This document shows, one piece after another, positions 8,300-16,858 of a DNA stretch of 43,737 nucleotides. The stretch is from a virus (lineage: Duplodnaviria > Caudoviricetes). The notes under the pieces are model-generated. The model searched no databases. It saw nothing but the letters and a program-made list of their open reading frames with translations, and was not told the origin of the DNA. Both the position numbers and the translations under genes were made by a program. Where the stretch lies: IMG/VR virus record IMGVR_UViG_3300034084_000052, positions 1-43,737 of that record; one strand, written 5' to 3'. Each line of letters starts with the position of its first letter. The stretch's first letter is position 1.

Positions 8300-8713
8300 A
8301 TGGCAACCTTCAACAAGTTCAACAGCTTCACGACCCAGCTTGGGCTGAAGAAAATGGACCTCAACGCCGACACGCTCAAGGTCTATCTGACCAACACCGC
8401 GCCAGTCGCTACCGATACCGCGTTCGGAACGCCTGCCGAGATCACAGCGGGCAATGGATACACTGCCGGGGGCGACGATAGCCAGAACGCCTTCAGCGAA
8501 TCCCCTGCTGGTACGGGAGCCCTGACTGGAACGGACATTACATGGACTGCTGCTGGTGGGACCATTGGCCCGTTTCGCTACGCAGTCCTGTACGACGACA
8601 CCAGCGCCACCAAGCATTTGATCGGCTGGTGGGACTATGGCTCCAGCGTCACTCTCCAGGTCGGAGAAACTTTCAAGTCCGACTTCGGCGCCAGCATTCT
8701 CACGCTCACCTAG
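8300..8713 (+). CDS. Virion structural protein (fibre-associated)
   Basis: GGAGG RBS. DTLKVYL...EITAGNGYTAGG...WTAAGGTIGPFRYAVLYDD...LIGWWDYG is a pattern recalled from small phage virion proteins. Confidence 0.7.
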   Translation: MATFNKFNSFTTQLGLKKMDLNADTLKVYLTNTAPVATDTAFGTPAEITAGNGYTAGGDDSQNAFSESPAGTGALTGTDITWTAAGGTIGPFRYAVLYDDTSATKHLIGWWDYGSSVTLQVGETFKSDFGASILTLT

Positions 8714-8723
8714 GAGAAGAACC

Positions 8724-9044
8724 ATGGCAATCACAACCCTTGATGGCGTGGTCGCGGGTATGCGCCCAGCGATGCCAATCGCCAAAGCAGTCACGGCCAC
8801 CTTGGTCGCTGGTCGCCCCGCGTCTCTCTGGTCGTTAGCCGGTTCTCCGGGCGCAACCCCCTACGCTGGCAAAGACACCCTCGCCACCTTCGAGGTCTAC
8901 AAGACCCAGGCCGCTTTCAACAACGGACGGCACCCGAAGTTCGCCAACACGGTCCCCTTCGACTACGTCCCGGGGGGCGGGAACATCAACACGCAGGCCC
9001 TCGAAGCGCTTAAACTTGAATTCCCCGGCTTGGTTGATGCCTAG
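8724..9044 (+). CDS. Hypothetical fibre-cassette protein, possibly chimeric
   Basis: AGGAG RBS. MAITTLDGVVAGMRPAMPIAKAVTATLVAGRPASLWSLAGSPGA... (106 aa). Confidence 0.65.
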   Translation: MAITTLDGVVAGMRPAMPIAKAVTATLVAGRPASLWSLAGSPGATPYAGKDTLATFEVYKTQAAFNNGRHPKFANTVPFDYVPGGGNINTQALEALKLEFPGLVDA

Positions 9045-9076
9045 CCGCCACCGCGCTGACCGCGCACAGGAGATTT

Positions 9077-9409
9077 ATGGTCCTCTCTAACCTCAATGCC
9101 GTGATCAACGACCTGGACGGCAAGCCCGTCATGAACGGCAGCTCCGCGCTCACCTTCCGCGCAGCCATGGTCGCCGCTCTCTCCTTCGAGAAGCCCGCTG
9201 AACAGGGCGGTCGCAGCGAAGTCGGCGGCGAAGATCGGTTCAAGCGCTGGAGCATCGCGAACAAGATCCAGAATGCCGCGGACACCGTGGAGCTGAAGGC
9301 CGAGGAACTGGCACTGGTCAAGGACCAGGTTGGCAAGGCTTTCCTTATGGTGGTGGTCGGTCCTGTCTGGACCCTGATTGAACAGGCCGGCTCAGGAGAA
9401 GTCCAGTGA
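9077..9409 (+). CDS. Phage protein, possible fibre assembly chaperone
   Basis: AGGAG RBS. DLDGKP...EDRFKRWSIANKI...VELKAEELALVK..VGKAF..VVVG, a pattern recalled from genes downstream of fibre genes. Confidence 0.65.
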   Translation: MVLSNLNAVINDLDGKPVMNGSSALTFRAAMVAALSFEKPAEQGGRSEVGGEDRFKRWSIANKIQNAADTVELKAEELALVKDQVGKAFLMVVVGPVWTLIEQAGSGEVQ

Positions 9410-9828
9410 ACCGCGTCACGCGAGGAATGAGAGTCCTCCTGCTTCTGCTCTGCACCACCCTCTCCGCGCAGCAGTCTTCCTGGAGGGGCACCAGCAATAG
9501 CTGGAGCCCCTTCCAGCAGGACAAGGGCCTCCATGTCTTCGCGGGCGCGATGATAGGTTCTGCGGCCTACATAACCGCGGATTGGCTGGGCTACAAGAAG
9601 CCCTGGATCCACGCCCTGTTCTGGGCCGCCCTGGCGGGGTACCTGAAGGAGCGGTACGACAGGCAGCACGGAGGACGACCGGAATACGCGGACGCCCTTT
9701 GGACCGCAGGGGGTGGCCTGGGGGTCAGCTTCCTTATCTACAAGACGAACCCCCCCGACAAGAGTGGCTACGTCAAGGGACCGAAGGCCGAGATCGTTAT
9801 TCCGGACATCGAGCTCCCCGTAGAGTAA
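9406..9828 (+). CDS. YfiM/DUF2279/VanZ-like membrane protein
   Basis: GTGA overlap with the upstream stop. Signal-peptide-like N-terminus. Motifs DKGLHVFAGA, KERYD and DALWTAGG. Confidence 0.7.
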   Translation: MNRVTRGMRVLLLLLCTTLSAQQSSWRGTSNSWSPFQQDKGLHVFAGAMIGSAAYITADWLGYKKPWIHALFWAALAGYLKERYDRQHGGRPEYADALWTAGGGLGVSFLIYKTNPPDKSGYVKGPKAEIVIPDIELPVE

Positions 9829-9921
9829 TCCGGGAGTGAGGTTCTACAGCCATAACCCCGGACCTCGGTGTACCATAGGAAATTGGAGCTTTTCAATGAT
9901 GGGTCGAGGGAGGAACTAAAA

Positions 9922-11394
9922 GTGGCGACCAAGATCGACCCCTCGGTTCCGAGCAGTGCCCACCGCGCCATGTCGCCACAGTGGGACAAGGTCAATGCGC
10001 TCTGCGGAGGCACTGACGCGATGCGTGCCGCCGGCACGGCCTATCTCCCGAAGTGGGGAGAGGAACTCCCGGACCAGTACAAGGGACGGATCTCGCGATC
10101 CTTCCTCTACGAGTTCTTCAAGCACGTCTCGGACAAGATGGCCTCTAAGCCCTTCTCGCAGCCCCTCGAGTGGGACGCGGAGGACGAGTCCCTGCGAGAG
10201 GTGATGTACGAGGACGTTGACCTCCAGGGAAACAACCTGGACGTCTTCGCCTACCGGCTCCTGAAGACCGCCCTCCGAAAGGGGATGGTCGGCGTCCTGG
10301 TGGACTGGTCCGGCACCTCCGAAGAGAAGACCCTCGCGGATCGCCGCGAGAACCACTCCCGACCCTTCTTCCGGCAACTCCAGCCGGACACCGTCCTGGA
10401 GTGCAAGTGCGTTCGCAGGGGTGACGAGGACGTCGTCCTTCGTCTTCGGGTGACGGGCATCGAAACGATGCAGGACCCGGACAACCCCTTCGATGAAATC
10501 CTGTTCGAGACAGTTACTGTCTGGACCCCCGAGACGATCACCGAGTATCGTCGTCAGGTCCCGAAGTCGAACACCAAGACCCGGGACCCCTGGGTGCGAG
10601 CCTCAGAGGTTCCGAATGCCTTGGGCAAGGTGTACTTCCACACCTTCTACGCTGACCGCACCGGGCACATGACCTCGGACCTCCCCCTGAGTGGCGTGAT
10701 CGACAAATCGATCGAGCACTGGCAGAGCGCGAGCAACCAACGAGTCGCCCTCGATGTCGCCCGCTTCCCGATGCTCGGCGCGAAGGGCGTCACCGAGGCC
10801 GAGATCAACAAGGTCGCACTTGGCCCCCTCGCCGTCCTGGCGACCTCGAACCCTCAGTCCGAGTTCTACTACGTCGAGAACGAGGGCAAGGCCCTAGAGG
10901 CCGGCCGCAAGGACCTGGAGGACCTCAAGACCGAGATGGCGGACATGGTCTCGGACCTCTACGCCGTCAGCTCCGCCTCCTCTCGCGCCTCGGCCGCGGA
11001 GGCCGGCAACAAGGCCGCGGAGTCCGCCTCCGTCATCAAGAGCATCTGCCTAGCCTTCTCGGACTTCCTCGAGTCGATCATGTACTCCGCCGCGGAGCTC
11101 CAGGAGTCCCCGGACCCGGAGGCCGTCGTTGGCGAGATCAACATCAACGACGACTACTCGATGGACGCCAACATGGCCAAGGAGATGGAGGCCCTCAGCT
11201 CGGCCCGTCTCCGGGGCGACCTCAGTCAGCAGGAATGGGTCCGGGAGATGCAGCGCCGCCGCACCCTGGATCCGAACGAAGAGTTCAAGGGGGGAGAACC
11301 CCCCCTTCCGGCGACCGCATCCGCGGCGCCGAAACCTCCGGAGCCGGTGGCTCCGGACGAAGAGCCCCCGGAGGGGGCAGGAGGCAGTGAATGA
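9922..11394 (+). CDS. Portal protein (DUF4055/SPP1-like)
   Basis: GGAGG RBS before GTG 9922. GGTDAMRAAGTAYLPK...Y..R, DVDLQGNNL and GVLVD motifs. Pro-rich tail. Sits just before scaffold and capsid genes. Confidence 0.9.
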   Translation: MATKIDPSVPSSAHRAMSPQWDKVNALCGGTDAMRAAGTAYLPKWGEELPDQYKGRISRSFLYEFFKHVSDKMASKPFSQPLEWDAEDESLREVMYEDVDLQGNNLDVFAYRLLKTALRKGMVGVLVDWSGTSEEKTLADRRENHSRPFFRQLQPDTVLECKCVRRGDEDVVLRLRVTGIETMQDPDNPFDEILFETVTVWTPETITEYRRQVPKSNTKTRDPWVRASEVPNALGKVYFHTFYADRTGHMTSDLPLSGVIDKSIEHWQSASNQRVALDVARFPMLGAKGVTEAEINKVALGPLAVLATSNPQSEFYYVENEGKALEAGRKDLEDLKTEMADMVSDLYAVSSASSRASAAEAGNKAAESASVIKSICLAFSDFLESIMYSAAELQESPDPEAVVGEININDDYSMDANMAKEMEALSSARLRGDLSQQEWVREMQRRRTLDPNEEFKGGEPPLPATASAAPKPPEPVAPDEEPPEGAGGSE

Positions 11395-12134
11395 TTTTCA
11401 ATTTCCCTCACCAAGTCGCGTCGATTGACGACGTGCCCGAGATCTTCCGGAACCTGTACGAGGATTCCGGAGCTGGCTTCATCCTGAAGTCAGAGGCCAA
11501 GGAGTCCGTCGACACCTCCGGCCTGAAGTCGGCGCTCGAGAAGGAGCGCGCCCTCCGCAAGGAGGCCACGAAGACCCTCGACGAGTTCCGGAAGCTGGGC
11601 GAATCCCCGGAGGCCGCGAGCACCATCATGGAGGATCTGCGGCAGCAGGCCAACAAGGCCGCGGGCGTGGATCAGAGGACCCTCGACAAGGCGAAGGCCG
11701 AGATCGAGGCCGCCTACAAGGCCAAGGAAGCGACCTGGACGGCCCAGGTCCAGCACATGGAGTCCTCCCTCGCCGACTTCATGGTCTCGGGCGAGGCGGA
11801 GCGCGAGATCGCGGCCCAGAATGGCAACAGCCTCCTCCTGATGCCGCACGTCAAGTCCCAGGTCAAGGTCCTGAAGGACGGCGATAAATATGTTGCGAGA
11901 GTACTTGACAAGGACGGTGATCCGAGGATTAATGGTCGTGGCGAGCCGATGAGGATCGCCGACCTCATCGGGGAGATGAAGTCACACGAGAGCTTCGGTG
12001 CGGCCTTCAAGGTCGAACCCAAAGCAGGTAGCGGGAAGCAGCCTGGAACGGTCGGCAATCAGCCCTCCGGCACCCCTTCCTCCGCCTCCAGCCCCCGCGA
12101 CAAGATCCTTGCAGGACTTGAAAAGAGGGGTTGA
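11391..12134 (+). CDS. Capsid scaffolding protein
   Basis: IDDVPE.FR.LY and GLKSALEKER, long coiled coil, Gly/Ser-rich tail ending DKILAGL. Immediately upstream of the capsid gene. Confidence 0.85.
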   Translation: MIFNFPHQVASIDDVPEIFRNLYEDSGAGFILKSEAKESVDTSGLKSALEKERALRKEATKTLDEFRKLGESPEAASTIMEDLRQQANKAAGVDQRTLDKAKAEIEAAYKAKEATWTAQVQHMESSLADFMVSGEAEREIAAQNGNSLLLMPHVKSQVKVLKDGDKYVARVLDKDGDPRINGRGEPMRIADLIGEMKSHESFGAAFKVEPKAGSGKQPGTVGNQPSGTPSSASSPRDKILAGLEKRG

Positions 12135-12167
12135 TCCAAACCGCAGTCTCCCTAAAGGATCACCACA

Positions 12168-13100
12168 ATGGCTTCCGTTACCCTCGCCGAATCCGCCAAG
12201 CTGTGCCAGGACGAACTCCTCGCCGGCGTCATCGAAACCATCGTCACCGTTGACGAGCTCTTCGACGTCCTGCCCTTCATGGGCATCGACGGCAACGCCC
12301 TCGCCTACAACCGCGAGAACGCTGCCGGCGACGTCCAGGTTGTCGACGTCGGTGACTCCGTCACCGCGAAGGCCGCTGCGACCTTCACCCAGGTCACCTC
12401 GAGCCTGACCACGATCATCGGCGACGCCGAGGTCAACGGCCTGATCCAGGCGACCCGCAGCAACAAGAACGACCAGACCTCCATCCAGATCGCCTCCAAG
12501 GCCAAGTCGATCGCCCGCAAGTTCCAGGACATGCTGATCAACGGCACCGGCGGCAGCGGTCAGTTCTCCGGCATCCTGACCCTGATGGCCTCCGGCCAGA
12601 AGATCTACCAGGACACCGCCGGCGTCACCACGGATGGCGGCCCCCTCAGCTTCGCCAAGCTGGACGAGCTGATCGACCTGATCAAGGACAAGAACAAGCC
12701 TGACGTCCTGGTCATGAACGGCCGCACCCTTCGTTCCTACCGCGCCCTTCTGCGGGCCGCGGGCGGCGCCGGTCTTGCCGAGACGATGGAGCTCCCGCAG
12801 GGTCGTCGGGTCCTCAGCTACGGCGGCATCCCCATCCTCCGTAACGACTGGATCCCCGTGAACCAGACCCGTGGCGCCCTCACCACGGCCACCACCGTCC
12901 TGGCGCTGTGCTTCGACGACGGCTCCGGCAAGGTCGGCATCTCGGGCATGTACCCCGCCACGATGGCCGCCGGCATTGACGTCGCGAACGTCGGCGTCGC
13001 CGAGACGAAGGACGAGGTCATCACCCGCGTCAAGTGGTACACCGGTCTCGCCAACTTCTCCACCCTCGGCGTCGCTGGTCTGCTCGGCGTCAGCAACTAA
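12168..13100 (+). CDS. Major capsid protein (HK97 fold)
   Basis: MASVTLAESAKL..D.L.AGVIETI...VLPF..I.GNALAYNRE...ITRVKWY.G. Very strong codon bias and a downstream terminator. Confidence 0.9.
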   Translation: MASVTLAESAKLCQDELLAGVIETIVTVDELFDVLPFMGIDGNALAYNRENAAGDVQVVDVGDSVTAKAAATFTQVTSSLTTIIGDAEVNGLIQATRSNKNDQTSIQIASKAKSIARKFQDMLINGTGGSGQFSGILTLMASGQKIYQDTAGVTTDGGPLSFAKLDELIDLIKDKNKPDVLVMNGRTLRSYRALLRAAGGAGLAETMELPQGRRVLSYGGIPILRNDWIPVNQTRGALTTATTVLALCFDDGSGKVGISGMYPATMAAGIDVANVGVAETKDEVITRVKWYTGLANFSTLGVAGLLGVSN

Positions 13101-13110
13101 ACCCAACCGA

Positions 13111-13142
13111 GAGCGGGGCCCTCATGGGCCCCGCTCCGTTTT
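13111..13142 (+). terminator. Intrinsic terminator after the capsid gene
   Basis: GAGCGGGGCCC-TCAT-GGGCCCCGCTC, an 11-bp stem followed by CGTTTT. Confidence 0.75.
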
Positions 13143-13156
13143 CCGGAGAGCGCAGC

Positions 13157-13423
13157 ATGAAGATCTACTTCCCCTACCAGACCGCCCCCAAGGGTCCGGG
13201 CCCGTTCAACCAGGACACCCCCGGCTTCATCCATGTCGTGGACGGGGTTGCGAATCTGGATGACCGCAATCCCAATACCCCCGACATGGCCAACCTGCTC
13301 GTCTCGAGTTACGGCGGCTCGCTGGAACCCCTCGAGAAGAAGGCCCCCGTGCGCGTCGTTCCTGAATACGATGTCCCCGAGGTCGAAGCCGAGGAGGCCC
13401 CCAAGGGCCGTTCCCGAAAGTAA
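13157..13423 (+). CDS. Hypothetical head-associated protein
   Basis: GGAG RBS. 88 aa ending in a basic tail (PKGRSRK). Located after the capsid gene. Confidence 0.7.
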   Translation: MKIYFPYQTAPKGPGPFNQDTPGFIHVVDGVANLDDRNPNTPDMANLLVSSYGGSLEPLEKKAPVRVVPEYDVPEVEAEEAPKGRSRK

Positions 13424-13448
13424 CCCCCCTCGTCCACCCTAGGTGCAC

Positions 13449-13477
13449 CGCCCCATCCGTGATAAGCTGATGGGGCG
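13449..13477 (+). promoter_or_regulatory. Inverted repeat enclosing an extended -10-like element
   Basis: CGCCCCATC (13449-13457) / GATGGGGCG (13469-13477), with TGATAAGCT (13460-13468) in the loop. Confidence 0.4.
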
Positions 13478-13498
13478 ATGCTTTAGCTGGAGGCCGCG

Positions 13499-14014
13499 AT
13501 GGCGTTTACCCCGGAGGACGGAACCGGCCTGAGCACGGCCAACAGCTTCTGCGAGGTCGCCTTCGCAGATACCTACTTCGCGGACCGGGGGAACCCGATC
13601 GAGTGGGACGAGCTGGCCGAGACCGAGAAAGAGTTCGCTCTGGTGAAGGCCACAGACTTCGTGAACCTCCGGTTCAACTGGCGCGGCACCAAGGGCACCG
13701 CGGAGCAGGCCCTGGAATGGCCGCGCTCAGGGGCCTACGACGACCTCGGCCGGAGTTACACAGGGGTCCCGGTGGGTCTCCAGAAGGCGGTCTGCGAGTA
13801 CGCCCTCCGGTCCGTGACCTCGGACCTCGCTCCGGATCCCACCTACCAGGACACGAACCAGCTCGTGAGGGAGAAGCTCGAAACGGTTGGCCCGATCACG
13901 GAGCACGTCAAGTACGCGGACGGCATGCCGGCCGAGCCCTTCCGGGCCTACCCCTCTGCGGACGTTCTGCTGACCCCGCTGATCGCGACCAAGCGGTTCT
14001 GGGCACGCGGATGA
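13499..14014 (+). CDS. Head-tail adaptor (DnaT-like family)
   Basis: EDGTGL..ANSF....AD.YF..RG...AL..ATD...W.G.....QALEWPR...E.VGPI. Confidence 0.85.
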   Translation: MAFTPEDGTGLSTANSFCEVAFADTYFADRGNPIEWDELAETEKEFALVKATDFVNLRFNWRGTKGTAEQALEWPRSGAYDDLGRSYTGVPVGLQKAVCEYALRSVTSDLAPDPTYQDTNQLVREKLETVGPITEHVKYADGMPAEPFRAYPSADVLLTPLIATKRFWARG

Positions 14015-14571
14015 CCGCGATCCTCGGCATCCGGACGAATGGGGTGACCTACATCGCCTCGGACAGCCGCTGTTCGATGGACGGCGCAGGGGCGTGGTTC
14101 GATCGCCAGCCGAAGCTCTTCAACATCGGAGCCGGCGTGCTCGGCCTCTCGAACTGGATGCGGATGGCCTACCTGATCTCAAGGAACGCCGAGATCTTCG
14201 ACGGCGCCCGTACCCCCGACACCCTCGCCGTGGCCCTCCGGAAGACGATCGAAGAGGATGGGTGGGTCGCCGCGAACGATCCAGAGGATCAGAGCCATCG
14301 CCCGATCCTGTACCAGACCCAGTTCCTCCTCGCCAGTCCGGAAGGGCTGTACCACTACGACGGCACCCTCACCCCCTCCAGGATCCCGGACGACATCATC
14401 TACGGCATCGGGAGCGGCGCCCCGGCCGCGATGGCCGCGGGCCTCGCGCTGTGGTCCGTCATGCCGAAGGCGGTCGAGAATCCCGCCTGGATGCTCAAGC
14501 AGGCCATCACGGTAGCCTCTAAGTTGGAGCACTCGGTGGGTCTCCCGATCTACAGCGAACAGGTGAAGTGA
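14011..14571 (+). CDS. Ntn-hydrolase, HslV/proteasome beta-subunit-like peptidase
   Basis: Starts M-T-A-I-L-G (Thr1 after Met removal). IASDSR, conserved Lys in QPKLF, QFLLA...LYHYD, YGIGSGAPAAMAA, and helix AITVASKLE.SVG. Overlaps the genes on both sides. Confidence 0.8.
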   Translation: MTAILGIRTNGVTYIASDSRCSMDGAGAWFDRQPKLFNIGAGVLGLSNWMRMAYLISRNAEIFDGARTPDTLAVALRKTIEEDGWVAANDPEDQSHRPILYQTQFLLASPEGLYHYDGTLTPSRIPDDIIYGIGSGAPAAMAAGLALWSVMPKAVENPAWMLKQAITVASKLEHSVGLPIYSEQVK

Positions 14572-14990
14572 TGGCCACCAAGGACTACACCAAGACGATC
14601 GCGACGGCCCTCCGGCTGCTGAACAAGTTCGGCCGATCCGTGACCCTTGTCCGGAGGGGGCTGAACCAGACCGCCGTGGATGGGGCTTCCCCGTGGGTCG
14701 TCGCCGTCCCGACCGCCGTCAACGTCAGCCTGAAGGCCGTCTTCATCGACCCCCGAAACTCGGAGGACAACTACGACTTCGCGATCAAGTCCGAGTACCG
14801 GACGGACCGAGAGCGGGTCGATTACCACGTCCTCATCCCGTCCCTCTACAACGGGACAACGGACATTCAGGTCGAACCGGGGGATCAGATCATCGACATC
14901 GCCCGAGGGCAGACCTACACCGTGATCACTGTCTCGCCCCTGTCCCCCGGCACCCCGACGGTCATGTTCATCCTCCAGGTCCAGCTCTGA
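14571..14990 (+). CDS. Head closure/head-tail joining protein
   Basis: Y....ATA.RLL.KFGRSVTL and P..PG....MF.LQV. Position in the neck module. Alternative GTG start at 14568. Confidence 0.7.
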   Translation: MATKDYTKTIATALRLLNKFGRSVTLVRRGLNQTAVDGASPWVVAVPTAVNVSLKAVFIDPRNSEDNYDFAIKSEYRTDRERVDYHVLIPSLYNGTTDIQVEPGDQIIDIARGQTYTVITVSPLSPGTPTVMFILQVQL

Positions 14991-15403
14991 TGTCGGAGTT
15001 CGAGACGTCCATCGCCCGATGGGTCGCCCAGACCGAGGCCGGCCTGAACCTCGCCGTGCGCGGGGGCGTCGCAGAGATGCACGCCTACATGGTCGGCCGA
15101 GCCCCAGAGGACACGGGCCACCTGGAGAACAACTTCGTCGTCACGATGGACGCCCCAGCCAGCTTCGACGTCCCAGGGGGTGGCACCAAGGAGGGAGCCC
15201 TTTCCGCGCAGCGGGAGCGGATCGCTCGCACCGGTTTCGGTGACATGATCTTCATCACCAACTCCGTCCCCTACACACCCCCCTTCGAGTTCGGCGAGAA
15301 GCTGCCTAAGTTCGGAGGGTCCGCAGCCGGGATGATGCAGGCCTCCGTCTTTCGCTTTACCCCCGGCGCGGAGTATGCTCTACGGAAGGGGTCCTGGGAA
15401 TGA
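14990..15403 (+). CDS. HK97 gp10-like neck/tail completion protein
   Basis: TGATG overlap with the upstream gene. APEDTGHLENNF, IFITNSVPY...EFG and A.GMM motifs. Confidence 0.8.
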   Translation: MSEFETSIARWVAQTEAGLNLAVRGGVAEMHAYMVGRAPEDTGHLENNFVVTMDAPASFDVPGGGTKEGALSAQRERIARTGFGDMIFITNSVPYTPPFEFGEKLPKFGGSAAGMMQASVFRFTPGAEYALRKGSWE

Positions 15404-15813
15404 CGACCACATTCGAGAACATCGAGGCGGCCCTCTACGGGGCGCTCAACAGCGCCCTGACGACGACCCCGATCAGTTGGCCGAACATCCGGTACGAGCC
15501 GGTCTCTGGTCAGAGCTTCGTTGAGGTCTACTTGGAGCACCGAAGCGCCCGCCGGGTCACGGTCGGGGCGAACCCCTGGATGGAGTATCGAGGCTTTCTG
15601 CGCCTCCACGTCGCCGTGCCGGTCCACATGGGCGCCACGCCCGCCGCCGTTATTCAGGACCTCATCAGCTCTGGCTTTGCCCCCGGGTCAACCTGCACCT
15701 CCTCGGGCGTCGTTGTCCGGATCTTGGAGGTCACCCCGGACCGAAACTTCACCCAAAAGACTTGGACCATCTTCCCTATCGAGGTACGATGGGTGTGTGA
15801 GGTCCAAGGGTAA
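15400..15813 (+). CDS. Tail terminator protein
   Basis: PISWPN, G...L.V.VP...GA and W...P..V.W. Lies directly before the tail tube gene. Confidence 0.75.
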   Translation: MTTTFENIEAALYGALNSALTTTPISWPNIRYEPVSGQSFVEVYLEHRSARRVTVGANPWMEYRGFLRLHVAVPVHMGATPAAVIQDLISSGFAPGSTCTSSGVVVRILEVTPDRNFTQKTWTIFPIEVRWVCEVQG

Positions 15814-15834
15814 TTCCTTGCCAGGAGGCTCAAA

Positions 15835-16761
15835 ATGGCGTTCGCAAGTGGTTCCCGAGTTCGATTGGCCTACGGTACCGAGGTTACCTTCGGAGCTGTT
15901 CCGGCGGTCTCCTTCAAGATCCTGAATCACAACTCCGCGTCGCCCAACCTGAAGTTCGCGAGCTTCCGGTCGGACCGGGTGGACTCCTCCCGGAATGTCC
16001 TCGACTACCGCCACGGCATGATCTCGACGGACGCCAGCATTACCGTCGAGATGCAGCACGGCGCCCACGACGATCTGTTCCTTTACGGAATGGGTTCGAC
16101 CTGGGTCGCAGGTGTCGGCGAGGACGAGATCAAGATCGGCACCACCCTCAGCACCTTCAGCCTCGAGCAGGGCTTCCTGGATCTCGCCAAGTACCGCGTC
16201 TTCAAGGGCTGTGCGATCAACGAGATGGAGTTCGAGATCAAGCCTGACGGCCTGTGCATGGCGACCTTCGGGATCATCGGACAGGACGCGAGCGCCTTCC
16301 AGGGTACGACCTTCTCGACCGGCGCCCTGACCACCCTGACCACCGGCTCCGTGCTGGACGCCCTGACCGCAACCATCACGGAGGGTGGCAGCCCGATCGC
16401 GACCGTCACCGGCGCGAAGTTCAAGGTGACGAACGGCCGCTCGACGGTCGGTGTCGTCGGCTCCCGCCTCACCCCCGCCATCTTCGAGGGCACCGCGGAC
16501 GTCACCGGTTCGATCACGGCCCTCTTCGAGACGGACACCCTGTACAACAAGTTCGCGAACGAGACCGAATCGGATCTGATCATTCGCCTGAACGATGTGG
16601 ACGCCGTGAAGTGGATCGAGTTCCGGATCCCGCGCATCGTCTACAGCACCGGCAACATCGAGCCCCCTCGCGAAGGCCCGGTGCCGATCACCTTCGACTT
16701 CCAGGCGATCTACGACGACACCGCGCTGACGGCCTTCTCCATCGCCCGGTACGCCCCCTGA
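15835..16761 (+). CDS. Major tail tube protein
   Basis: AGGAGG RBS. ASGSRVRLAY..E.TFG, FSLEQGF.D...Y..F.GC and V.GSITA.FE...LY.KF..E. High codon bias. Confidence 0.85.
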   Translation: MAFASGSRVRLAYGTEVTFGAVPAVSFKILNHNSASPNLKFASFRSDRVDSSRNVLDYRHGMISTDASITVEMQHGAHDDLFLYGMGSTWVAGVGEDEIKIGTTLSTFSLEQGFLDLAKYRVFKGCAINEMEFEIKPDGLCMATFGIIGQDASAFQGTTFSTGALTTLTTGSVLDALTATITEGGSPIATVTGAKFKVTNGRSTVGVVGSRLTPAIFEGTADVTGSITALFETDTLYNKFANETESDLIIRLNDVDAVKWIEFRIPRIVYSTGNIEPPREGPVPITFDFQAIYDDTALTAFSIARYAP

Positions 16762-16814
16762 CCCTGACGCGGTACGAGAGAGCCAGAGAATGACCCACCC
16801 ACGAACCTAAACCC

Positions 16815-16837
16815 GAGCCCGGCATCTTGCCGGGCTC
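16815..16837 (+). terminator. Hairpin after the tail tube gene (weak terminator or stabiliser)
   Basis: GAGCCCGGCA-TCT-TGCCGGGCTC, a 10-bp stem with a weak U tract. Confidence 0.5.
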
Positions 16838-16858
16838 TGCTATTCCCAGGAGAGCGCA

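Noticed and set aside
9853-9866. TAACCCCGGACCTC upstream of the portal, similar to TAACCTCGGACC before terL, as a late-promoter motif
   Set aside because: Identical or near-identical words also occur inside genes (320-333, 1496-1508), so specificity cannot be supported.
12168-13100. Encapsulin shell protein
   Set aside because: It is flanked by portal, scaffold, neck and tail genes, so it is a phage capsid protein.
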